A stretch of 63,865 nucleotides of DNA, filler included, from Myxococcota bacterium (GTDB lineage Bacteria > Myxococcota_C > UBA6777), in the NCBI GenBank assembly GCA_023150835.1. It is 3 parts of 3 records of this genome, joined end to end, with 100 filler letters (N's around TTAATTAATTAA, not from the genome) between each part and the next. Parts side by side here need not be neighbours in the genome. Positions count along the whole stretch, not along the records: positions 43,775 to 63,865 come from JAKLKB010000127.1; 2 more parts are not named here. One strand, written 5' to 3'. The stretch's first letter is position 1. Each line of letters starts with the position of its first letter. Below are positions 45,554 to 55,510 of this stretch, piece after piece. A program made the translations under genes and the position numbers. The notes under the pieces are model-generated. The model made no database searches. It was not told the origin of the DNA and saw only the letters and a list, made by a program, of their open reading frames with translations.

Positions 45554-46657
45554 ATGTCCATGATATCGCCTTTTTCGCCCATCATCTTGATGATGCTGTT
45601 TTCTCTTTTGGTTCCCGAGCAAGTCAACCAACCCGCCCCACCACCCGCCGAGATGTACCGCTACATCCCCCAAGGCAGCCAATTCTGCATCAGCTTCCAC
45701 ACCGCCCCCCTTGCCAAAGACTTTTTCCAGCGCCTCCAAAGCCTCGAAAAAAATCCGCTCTTTGCGCTTCTTCCTCGCAACGAATCGATGCTCCAACATT
45801 TCACCAACAAGCTCACCCGCGCTCGCCAACAAATCCAACGAGAAACAGGCAAAGACTTTTTCTCAGAGCTTCGCTTTGCCACGCTCTGCCTGCGTTTCCA
45901 AGGAGGCCGAACCGATCTCGGCGCGTTCCACATCGGTATCCCCTACTCGCTCCAAGAATACACGCGCTTCGCCCAAAAAAATGCCAACACCGAGATCGCT
46001 ACCGCACACGGCTTCCACATCGCCGTTCGGCCCCATTCCCGCGAATCCTTGGTACTCACTCCCGAAAATGAACTCTTGCTTCTCCACAAAGACCACGCAC
46101 AGGCCCTGATCAAACAAGGCCCTTCTGCCCTCCAAAACCAAGCCATGCAGCGCCTGCTCACACGCCACCACCGCAGCGAACAACTCGCTGCCTTCGGCCT
46201 GATCATGGACAACAACCTCCAACAGATCCTCCAACAAAGCGCGGGCATGGTCACCAACCTATTCCAAGGCTGGCGCTCGTTTCATGCCAGTACCAGCCTC
46301 ACCCACCTCAAAGCCCACCTCCACACCACCGACGCAGAAACCACCCGACGTTCCGCACTTTTTCTCAAAGGACTCCAACAGATGGGCAGCGCCGCTGTCT
46401 TGTATGGACAAGGTCTTTTTCACGGATTGACCGGCATCCTCGATATGCCCAACCCCGAACAACGTTCCCCCATGATCCGCAAACTTGTTCAAAACAAGCA
46501 CCTGATCTTTGGCCTGATGCGCACCTACCTCGGCGATCAAAGCGCCCTCCAAACCCGTATCCACACCCGCCCCAATCATCTGATCTTTGACGCCCAAGGC
46601 CCCCTCAACCGCATCTGGACGCTGCTCGGTTATACCCTTGTCGCTCAAGCCATCTAG
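45554..46657 (+). CDS. Hypothetical exported protein (paralogue 2)
   Basis: AAGGAG RBS. Shares PAPP...Y...H..P.A..FF.RL, GW...H.ST, T......RR......G and K..I/L......G patterns with 44311-45525. Confidence 0.75.
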   Translation: MSMISPFSPIILMMLFSLLVPEQVNQPAPPPAEMYRYIPQGSQFCISFHTAPLAKDFFQRLQSLEKNPLFALLPRNESMLQHFTNKLTRARQQIQRETGKDFFSELRFATLCLRFQGGRTDLGAFHIGIPYSLQEYTRFAQKNANTEIATAHGFHIAVRPHSRESLVLTPENELLLLHKDHAQALIKQGPSALQNQAMQRLLTRHHRSEQLAAFGLIMDNNLQQILQQSAGMVTNLFQGWRSFHASTSLTHLKAHLHTTDAETTRRSALFLKGLQQMGSAAVLYGQGLFHGLTGILDMPNPEQRSPMIRKLVQNKHLIFGLMRTYLGDQSALQTRIHTRPNHLIFDAQGPLNRIWTLLGYTLVAQAI

Positions 46658-46672
46658 CCGCGCCCTCCTCTC

Positions 46673-48280
46673 TCAAGCCTGTTTGTCGATCTCCAACACG
46701 GAGAGATTGCGCTTGCGAACCTCGCGGAAAAGATCGGGATGTGCGTTGAGATCTTGCCCGTAGAACGGAATCATCTCACGCAAACGGTCCGTCCATCCGT
46801 CCTTTTTGAGACGATCTGCAAAACAGCGCTCCAGCACATCCAACATGATCTGCACCGAAGTCGATGCCCCGGGCGAAGCCCCCAACAGTCCGGCCAAACT
46901 TCCGTCGCGTGCAGCCACCACTTCCGTTCCAAACTCCAGCGTTCCGCCTTTTTCGGGATGAGGCTTGATGATCTGCACGCGCTTTCCAGCATGCGCAAGC
47001 TCCCAATCTTCGGAGCGCACATTCGGAAAGTACCGACGCAACGAAGCCACCCGCGCATCTTGTGATTGCAAGACCTCACCCACCAGATACATCGCAAGAT
47101 CGATCTCACGCAAACCCACCGACAACAGCGCTCGCAAGTTCTGGCTCTCGACACTCATCGGCAGATCCAACAGAGAGCCTTCATTCAAAAAGCGCGTCGT
47201 AAAACCCGCATACGGGCCAAACAACAACATCCGCTTGCCGTCGATCACCCGCGTATCCAAGTGCGGCACAGACATCGGCGGTGCGCCGATCGCGGCTTTA
47301 CCGTAGACTTTAGCGGTGTGCTGTTCGGCAAGTGTGGGATGTTTGCAGATCAGCCACTGACCGCCCACAGGAAATCCACCATACCCGACAGCTTCGGGTA
47401 TCCCGGACTTTTGCAACAGCGGCAACGCTCCGCCTCCCGCACCCAAAAACACAAATCCTGCGTTGATCACTTCGTAGGTTCCTTTGTCGAGATCCTTGAG
47501 CGTCACCAACCACCGTCGATCCGTCTGTTGCACAAGATCCGTCACTTCGCGGCGCAAACGCAGATCAAAGCCCGTATGTTGTTGCATCGCTTCGGTCATC
47601 CGATGCGCCAACGTACCAAAGTCCACATCTGTCCCGTAGCGTACGCGAGTTGCAGCGATCCGCTCTTTTGCAGATCGGCCTTCCATCACCAACGGCATCC
47701 ATCGCCGCAGCACCGCAGGATCTTCGCTGTATTCCATCTCCCCAAACGCCACCGAGTCTTTGAGGGCTTCGTAACGCTTGCGCAAAAACGCCACGTCTTC
47801 TTCGCCCCAAACAAAGCTGATGTGAGGCACTTGGCGGATAAAGTCGCTTGGTTTGCCCAAGACCCCCTTCTCGACAAGATACGACCAGAAAGACAAACTC
47901 GCCTCAAAAGAAGCGTTGATCTTAAAGGCTTTGCTTGCATTGACGCTCCCGTCTTTTTCTTGGGGCGTGTAGTTTAATTCGCAATAAGCTGCATGACCTG
48001 TTCCCGCATTGTTCAGCGCATCTGTACTTTCGACTGCGATATCGCCCAAGCGTTCGACCATACAGATCCGCATCGAGGGATCGATCTGCTGCAAGATCAT
48101 CCCCAGCGTCGTACTCATCGCCCCCGCGCCCACCAACAACACATCAACCTTTTCGCTGGGGATCGTGACAGACTCAGGGGGCAAAGCATCCCGCCAACGC
48201 CGCCGCTGAAAACGGGTCAAAAACCACAGCGCCCCCACGCCCAACACCACGATCCCAACAATCCACCCGATCAAGCCCAT
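46673..48280 (-). CDS. mqo: Malate:quinone oxidoreductase
   Basis: VLLVGAGAMS, NNAGTGHAAYCELNYTP, GTDVDFG, FLGAGGGALPLLQKSGIPE, GAPPMSVPHLDTR, FGTEVV, LLGASPGAST. Carries an extra N-terminal TM helix. Confidence 0.96.
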   Translation of the reverse strand: MGLIGWIVGIVVLGVGALWFLTRFQRRRWRDALPPESVTIPSEKVDVLLVGAGAMSTTLGMILQQIDPSMRICMVERLGDIAVESTDALNNAGTGHAAYCELNYTPQEKDGSVNASKAFKINASFEASLSFWSYLVEKGVLGKPSDFIRQVPHISFVWGEEDVAFLRKRYEALKDSVAFGEMEYSEDPAVLRRWMPLVMEGRSAKERIAATRVRYGTDVDFGTLAHRMTEAMQQHTGFDLRLRREVTDLVQQTDRRWLVTLKDLDKGTYEVINAGFVFLGAGGGALPLLQKSGIPEAVGYGGFPVGGQWLICKHPTLAEQHTAKVYGKAAIGAPPMSVPHLDTRVIDGKRMLLFGPYAGFTTRFLNEGSLLDLPMSVESQNLRALLSVGLREIDLAMYLVGEVLQSQDARVASLRRYFPNVRSEDWELAHAGKRVQIIKPHPEKGGTLEFGTEVVAARDGSLAGLLGASPGASTSVQIMLDVLERCFADRLKKDGWTDRLREMIPFYGQDLNAHPDLFREVRKRNLSVLEIDKQA

Positions 48281-48377
48281 CGCAAACGCCTCCAAGCAAC
48301 AAGGGATACACAGCCCCGACCGCTGCGCAAAAGATATCTTGCCTCTCTACGCCCAAAACACTGCTTTGCCAAGAGAC

Positions 48378-51300
48378 CTAGCGCGTCACCCAAAACGAAG
48401 TGGCCGTATCCGCGCCTAGATCGATCTCCAAATACCCTGATGCCGAGGCCGACCAAGGCGTGTGACTCGCTGGAACAAGCCCTTTCCACTCGTTGCCTGC
48501 GACACCATACACCAGATGCCCTGCAAGCCGTATCCGCGTGGGATCTCCAAGCTGTGATCGATGAATTCGACACGCGAGGGTGTGTCGATCTGCTGCACGC
48601 CAGATCTCTCGGCCCTCTTTCAACCGCTGCTGTAACGCCCAACCATTCGCCTCTTTTCGCCAAACCCCGTTCCACGGACCAAATCCGTCTTGGTTGTCGG
48701 CTTTGTAGCGCACCCCGATCAGATGCGTCGGTGTAAAGGGCAGTTGCGCGATCTGCTGCAAGTAGCTCATCCCTGTGCTTGCCTGCGCCGCCGAAGTGGT
48801 GCCTTGGAGGGACTCGATATAAAGCATATAAGCCCGAAGATCCGCCTCAAAGCCTTGGTTGACCACCGCGATATACAGCCACTCCGCGTCCCACGTCAGC
48901 GCAAAACGCTCCCATACCGCCAACGCAGCCCCTACACTCACCGCTTGCGTGGTGGGGAATTTGTCGTAGTCGCTCTTTCCATCCAAAGCGATCAGACGGC
49001 CCGTCGAGTCGGGCTGCCACGCCGCTTGCTTCGGAAACATCCGCACACCCACGAGCTCCACACGATTCCAAGGCAGCGCCCCACCACCCACACCGCTGTA
49101 GATCGAAAAGTGTTCCAAAAAGCTCATATTGTGCAACGTGTTGGGCGCTTCATCCACACGGACGCGATAGGTTTGACGCGCATCCAGATCCACCAAAAAG
49201 CCCGTAGAGGCCGATACATCCGTTTGTTCCGAATGAGGCATCGCAACCCAACGGATCGCGATCGGTGTTGCAGAGGACGAAGCAAAGATCTGCACGCGCT
49301 TCACCACCGCTGTAATGCCCGTGTTTCTCGATCCGTGTGGATTGCGATACAACAGATCGACGTGATAACGCCCTGTACCCCGAACGCGGATCGCTCGCGA
49401 TTCAAGAAGATGATCGCGATCTCCCCATTCCACAAACGCTGCACCACCCGCATGATCCGCCCACTTTCCACCCCGATGCTCAAAGCGCCACGCATCGACG
49501 ATCTGTTCACGCGCTTCGCCTTCTCCTTTCCAACAACGCGGCAACGCTCGATGCGACCGATGCCCGCTACTCAAAAAGATCAGCTCCGCGCTGTAGCAAT
49601 AACCGATATCTCCATCGGGTTTGGCTGTGCTGTCCACATAACGCCCGGGCTGGATCTGTGTGGCGATCCGCCGACCATCGCGATAAAGATCCACCACCAC
49701 GCCCGTTTCTCCCGCAGCATCGACATCGACCGCCAAACCTCCCCCCCCTTTTTGCAACCCCGTGATCGTGGGCTCTTTTGGACTCCATAACGCCCGATAA
49801 TCGCCCGTATCTCGCACGATCTTCAACGGCTTGGCCGCTTCCCCTTGATCGCGCAACCACACCGACACCACCGAACGTCCTTGCCATCGGCTCGCCGCGA
49901 TCACCGCTTGCGGATCCGCGATCACTTGGCCATTGAGCATCATCCGATCGATCCCGTACGCACCGGATCCCCCCGCCTGCGTCGGCAGATGCACTTCGAT
50001 ATCCACCTTCCCACCTTGGTAAGGCATCCCTTCCAAACGCACCACGCCTTGCAACCAGCCCTCCCGATGCAACGCCGCAGGGATCAACGGACGGATACGC
50101 AGCCCGCCCGACTGCACTTCCCATCCCATCAGGCTTTCCGCTACCGACGAGACGTATCCCGCCACCGACCACAACTGACGGCGTGAGTTCACCACCGGCC
50201 CCGAATACGCCCCATCTGCCGCAGAATTCTTGCCCGTCATCCATTCGAGATTTTCCATATTCGAAAGATTCAACGCCGCTGCGCGCACCAACGAACGTAT
50301 GCTATGCGCAAGGCTCTCTGCATGACCCACTCGACGCGCTGCTTGCGCCCAATACGCCGTCACAAACGGCCAGATCGCTCGGTTGTGATAGATCGGGATC
50401 AACGGCTGCTGCGGCCAATACACAGGCGGCCCCATCGGTGACGCAGGATACGAAGACACCGCTTGCAGCGCTTCGGCTCCCTGCACCACCCCCTCCAAGA
50501 TCGCCAAGGATTGCCCGAGCAGATCGAACTTTGCAACAGGCGCATCCTCTAGCAACGTCGTCTTCATCGTGCTGTGCATCCCCCAACCCGACAAGTAAAA
50601 AGCCGAATGGATCGTCGTTTTCAACGACTGCGCCCACGCTTGATAACGCGCCGCATCTGCCGTCTGTTGCAACGCTCCCGCGACTTCTGCTGCCCATCCC
50701 AACAAGATCAGATGCGCCACGTTGGTCGACAGCGTCTTGGACATCGCGATATGTTCCAAACGCTCCTTGACCCACGCAGGATAAGTCTGTTCGCGCCAAT
50801 CCAAAAACGACTGCTCTCCCCGATACAAACCATCCGACGCATCAAAGATCATCTCGCGATCTTGGGCGATCGTCCCCGTCAATGCGGGATACACCGCACG
50901 CAAGAAACGATCGCGCTGTGTCGGCGACAACGCCCAAGACAACTTGCGCCCCGCCAACGCCCAGATCACCCGATCGCTGGAGATCGGCCACGCACCGCCT
51001 GTTCCTGTATCTTGAACGATCTGTGTTCCCGCAGAAGCCCCACCCACCGAGGCTTTCCACGATGACAACTTAAACATCAAGGTATTCTCTGCGCGCACAG
51101 GGTCCATCCACGCGAGCGCAAGATCGACGGCATACGCTGTGTCGCGTGTCCACGCCCACGTCCACTTTGCACCCGTTTGAAAGCAGGCACAATTCACGGG
51201 CTTCCCTTGATTAAATCCCCCCTCAAACACCGATTGTACGCTGTTTTGATGAGCTTCCTCGATCGCCATCGCCCACAACGCATCAAACAACAGATTTCCC

Positions 51301-51836
51301 GAACGAAGGCGCGGAGCATCGGGCCTTTCGGAAAAGCTGATCTGTTTACTCGCGGGTTCGTTGTCGCGCAGAGCATGGGTGGTCGACATCGTGTAGCGCC
51401 TTGTCCCATCGGCTTGTGTCACACAACTCACCGTCACCGTATCGTTCTCAAACGCCGTCTGCACAGGCCCTTTTGTACACAGATCGTTTGGTGTCACATC
51501 GGGCCTCTCTTCTTGCGTTACGTCGGGCCTCTCTTCCTGCGTTGCATCGGGCCTCTCCGCCACTCCTTCGACCTGCCCTGCATCTCCTTCGATGCTTTGC
51601 TCCGCGCTGCTTTCGGCGGAAAGATCCGACAGCGGCTCCGTTCCCACCGCCTCTTGCGAGGACTCACGCCGCTCCTGATCTGCTTTTTCGTTCGATGCCT
51701 CTGGCGCTTGCTCGCCGGCAGACTCCCCGACCACTTCTTGTTGTCGCTCGATACTTGGCTCTGTTGTCGGCCCGACAGGATCACAGCACCACAAAGACAA
51801 ACACAACACACCCAACCAGCACCACCTCGCCCTCAT
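48378..51836 (-). CDS. Lipoprotein six-hairpin glycoside hydrolase (amylo-alpha-1,6-glucosidase / MGH1-like) with C-terminal accessory domains
   Basis: TGAKWTWAWTRDTAYA, QDTGTGGAWPISSDR, GLYRGEQSFLDWREQTYP, YHNRAIWPFV, NSRRQLWSVAGY. Cys-containing signal peptide and acidic linker. Confidence 0.82.
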   Translation of the reverse strand: MRARWCWLGVLCLSLWCCDPVGPTTEPSIERQQEVVGESAGEQAPEASNEKADQERRESSQEAVGTEPLSDLSAESSAEQSIEGDAGQVEGVAERPDATQEERPDVTQEERPDVTPNDLCTKGPVQTAFENDTVTVSCVTQADGTRRYTMSTTHALRDNEPASKQISFSERPDAPRLRSGNLLFDALWAMAIEEAHQNSVQSVFEGGFNQGKPVNCACFQTGAKWTWAWTRDTAYAVDLALAWMDPVRAENTLMFKLSSWKASVGGASAGTQIVQDTGTGGAWPISSDRVIWALAGRKLSWALSPTQRDRFLRAVYPALTGTIAQDREMIFDASDGLYRGEQSFLDWREQTYPAWVKERLEHIAMSKTLSTNVAHLILLGWAAEVAGALQQTADAARYQAWAQSLKTTIHSAFYLSGWGMHSTMKTTLLEDAPVAKFDLLGQSLAILEGVVQGAEALQAVSSYPASPMGPPVYWPQQPLIPIYHNRAIWPFVTAYWAQAARRVGHAESLAHSIRSLVRAAALNLSNMENLEWMTGKNSAADGAYSGPVVNSRRQLWSVAGYVSSVAESLMGWEVQSGGLRIRPLIPAALHREGWLQGVVRLEGMPYQGGKVDIEVHLPTQAGGSGAYGIDRMMLNGQVIADPQAVIAASRWQGRSVVSVWLRDQGEAAKPLKIVRDTGDYRALWSPKEPTITGLQKGGGGLAVDVDAAGETGVVVDLYRDGRRIATQIQPGRYVDSTAKPDGDIGYCYSAELIFLSSGHRSHRALPRCWKGEGEAREQIVDAWRFEHRGGKWADHAGGAAFVEWGDRDHLLESRAIRVRGTGRYHVDLLYRNPHGSRNTGITAVVKRVQIFASSSATPIAIRWVAMPHSEQTDVSASTGFLVDLDARQTYRVRVDEAPNTLHNMSFLEHFSIYSGVGGGALPWNRVELVGVRMFPKQAAWQPDSTGRLIALDGKSDYDKFPTTQAVSVGAALAVWERFALTWDAEWLYIAVVNQGFEADLRAYMLYIESLQGTTSAAQASTGMSYLQQIAQLPFTPTHLIGVRYKADNQDGFGPWNGVWRKEANGWALQQRLKEGREIWRAADRHTLACRIHRSQLGDPTRIRLAGHLVYGVAGNEWKGLVPASHTPWSASASGYLEIDLGADTATSFWVTR

Positions 51837-52017
51837 CCCAAATCCTCCGCACTTCAATCGGGGTGGATCAAAAACCCCGCATTCGCGACGCTTCAAGCGG
51901 CAGCGCTATCGGTTTGAAAAACCGTTATTCGCTCCGACGATACGGGGTCAAGGGAGCCGCGCTCCCTTGTGGGGCGTGGGGCAAAGCCCCACTGCATCGA
52001 CCCAAATCCTCCTCGCT

Positions 52018-52311
52018 TCAAAACAACACATCCCACGCCTCTTGCGCCCCCGCCAACAGCCCCAATCCACCGCGTGATGGGCGCGCACAAGGACGGCTGC
52101 TCGAAGCATCCGCCATCCCCGATGCCATCGGAGAAAAGTATACCACCGCTTCGCAATGCAGCCGCCCCTCCGAAAGATGGCGAACAAACAACGCCATCCC
52201 CTCGGGCCGCCCACGCTGTTCATAGACCACCGCAAACTGCGACCGCAAGGCGTCTAACGCCTCCATCGCCATCGTCGATTCTCCTAGATCCATCCGATAC
52301 CAATGCTCCAC
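52018..52311 (-). CDS. Small hypothetical protein
   Basis: 97 aa with a GGAG-like RBS. The W...LG...A...MALF.RH.SEGRLHCE...YFSP pattern resembles a conserved uncharacterised family (from recall, unverified). Confidence 0.62.
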   Translation of the reverse strand: MEHWYRMDLGESTMAMEALDALRSQFAVVYEQRGRPEGMALFVRHLSEGRLHCEAVVYFSPMASGMADASSSRPCARPSRGGLGLLAGAQEAWDVLF

Positions 52312-52739
52312 GTCGCGCTCCTTTTGGTCGAAGACCTCGCAGTAGCACGAAATCCGCCCGTTGTGTGATCGTAAAGATGTAGCAGCTCACTTTGGCTGCC
52401 CTATAATCGGGCTTCTACGCACTCTCCGTTGTGTACGCATCGCTCGGATTTCGTATGGCTTGTTGTTTGGTCGCTGTCGCCCAAACCGCAGTCGACCTGA
52501 TGAAAAAGTGATGTTCTTGCTTCTTTTGGCTCCTGTCTACGGGCAGGTACAAAAAATTCATTCGCAGCATGAATTTTTTTGTTGCTTCTATTCAACGCAT
52601 CGCTACCATCCGATCTGCTTTCTCCTTGAGGAGCGGTCTTCTTTTGGGGAAAAAGAACTCACATTGAAAACGATCATGAGCGTCGCATCCAAACCGAGCG
52701 GCGAGCGCGCCATGAGGCCAAACAAATCGAGGTGTTCCC

Positions 52740-53078
52740 ATGTCGGCTGAATTTGAAAGTTATGTCTTGGATGAATATCTCCTTGATGAATTCCCCCCCG
52801 AAGAAGGCTGGGAGATCCTTCACCGCCCTCAACTCGAAGACGGATCGCGCCCGAGCTTCTTGATCCAAAATGCCACCGAAAGCATCGTCATCCTCGCCAA
52901 AGACAAAGACTCCGTCACCTTCCGCGATGTCGATAAACTTCTCGCTGCTGCTGAAGAGGCTGACGCTGACGAAGCCATCCTGATCATCGCAGGAACCACC
53001 GATATATCCGAAGAAGTCGGCGAATATCTCGAACAACATGAGATCGAAGTCGTCGAGATGAGCGACTGGGCGGGCTGA
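52740..53078 (+). CDS. Small acidic restriction-endonuclease-like (PD-(D/E)XK/Mrr-type fold) protein with degenerate active site
   Basis: GAGG RBS. FE..V...L...F....GW.I, RPSFLI, VILAKDK, T..DVDKL, A.LII. The expected acidic catalytic residues are replaced. Confidence 0.55.
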   Translation: MSAEFESYVLDEYLLDEFPPEEGWEILHRPQLEDGSRPSFLIQNATESIVILAKDKDSVTFRDVDKLLAAAEEADADEAILIIAGTTDISEEVGEYLEQHEIEVVEMSDWAG

Positions 53079-53228
53079 TCGCTTTCCCACTTTTCTTTCT
53101 CGCCTCTTTCTTTGTCCCTGTCCTGTCTCTTTCTTCTCCCATCCATCGCTGTTTTTCCCGCAACGCTCTGTTCTCTCGCTCCTCTCTTCTTCCCCAAAAA
53201 CAGACGACGCTCCACTTCACACAGAAAA

Positions 53229-54335
53229 ATGACCATGCACGAAACCCTCGCCTTGATTGCCCAAGCCCAACAATGGGCGCACGACGGACAGCGCCTTGCC
53301 ATCGCCACCGTCATCCAAACATGGGGATCTTCGCCCCGACGCCCGGGAGCGCAGATGTTGATCTCCGAAGATCTACTCGTCTCAGGCTCCGTGAGTGCTG
53401 GCTGTGTTGAATCCGCCGTGATCCACGCTGCGGGTGAGGTCATCACAACCCAACAGCCACAGATCCTGCACTTTGGCGTCGCAGACGAAGACGCTCTCCA
53501 TGTCGGCCTTGCCTGTGGTGGAGAGATCACGCTCTTTGTCCAACCTTGGAAGGTGCCGCTGTACCGCGCCATCCAACAAACTCTCCAAAACCAAGAAAGC
53601 TGCGCGCTTTTAACGATCCTCAACGGCCCCCCAGAATCACTCGGCGCGCAACACCTCCTCCACCAAGGCAACACGCTCTATTCGGACCTCTCTCCTGCTC
53701 TCCAACAGGCTTTTTCTGATACCTTGCACGCGCCTCTTGGAGCGCCCCAACGCGGAACGCTCGATCATCCCGACACACCCGCCCTCGACTACTTTTTGAT
53801 GCACATCCAACCCGCCCCGCTGCTCGTCTTGATCGGCGGCAACCATATCGCGATCGCCCTCACCCAACTCGCCCAGATCATGGGCTACCGACAGATCGTG
53901 ATCGACCCACGCTCGATCTTTGCGACCCCTGCGCGTTTTCCACACGTCGAACAGCTCTTCGACCGATGGCCCCAAGAGATCTTGCCACAGATCCACATCA
54001 CCGAACAAACCGCCTTTGTCTTGCTCACCCATGATCCCAAGATCGATGACCTCGCTCTTGATTTTGCGCTACACTCGCGTGCAGGCTACATCGGCGCGCT
54101 CGGCAGTCGCCGCACCCACGCCAAACGCCTCCAACGGCTCCAAGAACGCGGCCTCCCCCCCGAACAACTTCAACGCATCTTCGGCCCGATCGGACTCGCC
54201 ATCGGCGCAGAAACCCCCGAACAGATCGCCCTGTCCATCCTCTGCGAGATCGTCCTTCACCAAAAACGACCGCCTCTCGCTCCCCGCTTGCCTACCCCGC
54301 CCTCCCTCAAAAACATCCCACCATCTTCCCCATGA
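53229..54335 (+). CDS. xdhC: XdhC/CoxI family molybdenum cofactor insertion chaperone
   Basis: ATVIQTWGSSPRRPGAQM, GSVSAGCVE, VGLACGGEI, LTHDPKIDD, YIGALGSRRT, GPIGLAIGAETPEQIALSI. Confidence 0.92.
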   Translation: MTMHETLALIAQAQQWAHDGQRLAIATVIQTWGSSPRRPGAQMLISEDLLVSGSVSAGCVESAVIHAAGEVITTQQPQILHFGVADEDALHVGLACGGEITLFVQPWKVPLYRAIQQTLQNQESCALLTILNGPPESLGAQHLLHQGNTLYSDLSPALQQAFSDTLHAPLGAPQRGTLDHPDTPALDYFLMHIQPAPLLVLIGGNHIAIALTQLAQIMGYRQIVIDPRSIFATPARFPHVEQLFDRWPQEILPQIHITEQTAFVLLTHDPKIDDLALDFALHSRAGYIGALGSRRTHAKRLQRLQERGLPPEQLQRIFGPIGLAIGAETPEQIALSILCEIVLHQKRPPLAPRLPTPPSLKNIPPSSP

Positions 54336-55051
54336 CACCGGCTTTTCCATCCCCCTCCCCCCTTTGCGTCCACGCGATCGTCCTCGCTGCGGGATCTTCC
54401 CGTCGCATGGGCGCAAACAAACTGCTTTTGCCTTGGCCGCCTTACCCAACCATCCTCTCCTCAACGCTCGCTGCGTTGCTCCCCTTGTTGCCTTCTTCTC
54501 TACAAACGATCCACGTCGTCACAGGCCATCAATCCGAGCAGATCACTCCCCTTCTACAAGCTCTCCCCGTCCACTTGCTCCACAATCCCCATCACAGCGA
54601 TGGGATGCTGTCCTCGCTTCAAACAGCCCTCCGTCACCTCCCTCCCCACGCCACCACCGCCATGATCCTCCCCGCCGATCTCCCCATGCTCCAAACGTCC
54701 ACTCTGCTCGCGCTCCTCCGCGCTCTACACACCACCACCTCCCTTACAACCGCCGCTCCCCCTACAGCCACCGACCATTTCACCGCAGCCGCTCCCCCTA
54801 CAACCACCGAGATCTCCCCGACACCCGGGATCCTCGCCCCCTCCTACCAAGGCCAACGCGGCCACCCTGTGTTTTTGCCGCGTGACCTGTTTCAGCCCAT
54901 GATGTCTCTTCCGCCCCACGCTTCACCACGCGATCTCTTTCTCCAATACCCTGATCGGCTTCACCTCTTCCCTGTCGATACATCCGCCATCTTCGCCGAT
55001 ATCGATACACCCGAAGCCTACCACCGCGCCCTGTCTTCGCCGATAAATTGA
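54332..55051 (+). CDS. mocA: Molybdenum cofactor cytidylyltransferase (MocA-like nucleotidyltransferase)
   Basis: IVLAAGSSRRMGANKLLL, GMLSSL, LPADLP, RGHPV.L, DIDTPEAY. ATGA overlap with xdhC. Confidence 0.85.
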   Translation: MTPAFPSPSPLCVHAIVLAAGSSRRMGANKLLLPWPPYPTILSSTLAALLPLLPSSLQTIHVVTGHQSEQITPLLQALPVHLLHNPHHSDGMLSSLQTALRHLPPHATTAMILPADLPMLQTSTLLALLRALHTTTSLTTAAPPTATDHFTAAAPPTTTEISPTPGILAPSYQGQRGHPVFLPRDLFQPMMSLPPHASPRDLFLQYPDRLHLFPVDTSAIFADIDTPEAYHRALSSPIN

Positions 55052-55361
55052 CCGATTTGTGTGTTGTTGTGTGAGCATCTCCGTTCGCTGCTCTATGTCC
55101 CGAGACACGGGCGGTTCGCGAACCGCCCCTGCGCAAACATTGCCTTGCATCGAACACGGCTCGAACGAAAGAATCGTAGACAAAGCAAACGCAAACAGAC
55201 ATAAAAAGACGGAGGATACGACATCCGTGTCTGGTGTGCTCAAAGGGTGGGGCGTATTGCATACGCCCTTGCCCCATTCACGGGGATTTTGCTCGCTGTG
55301 TACGAGCAGGCAACCTGCGGATGTCGTATGACGCAGTTGAAAAGGGAAAGCGTGAAGAATC

Positions 55362-55438
55362 AACCCGTTTTAGGGGCGGTTCCCCAACCGCCCGCGCCTG
55401 AACCCGTTTTAGGGGCGGTTCCCCAACCGCCCGCGCCC
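55362..55438. repeat. Two tandem 39-bp palindromic REP-like units
   Basis: AACCCGTTTTAGGGGCGGTTCCCCAACCGCCCGCGCC x2. Related hairpins at ~55108-55130 and ~55249-55270. Confidence 0.8.
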
Positions 55439-55510
55439 GAACATGGGCCTTTTTCGTATCGAACTGCGTAAGTCCTATCTGATACAACCACAGGAGCGAA
55501 GAATCCAGCG

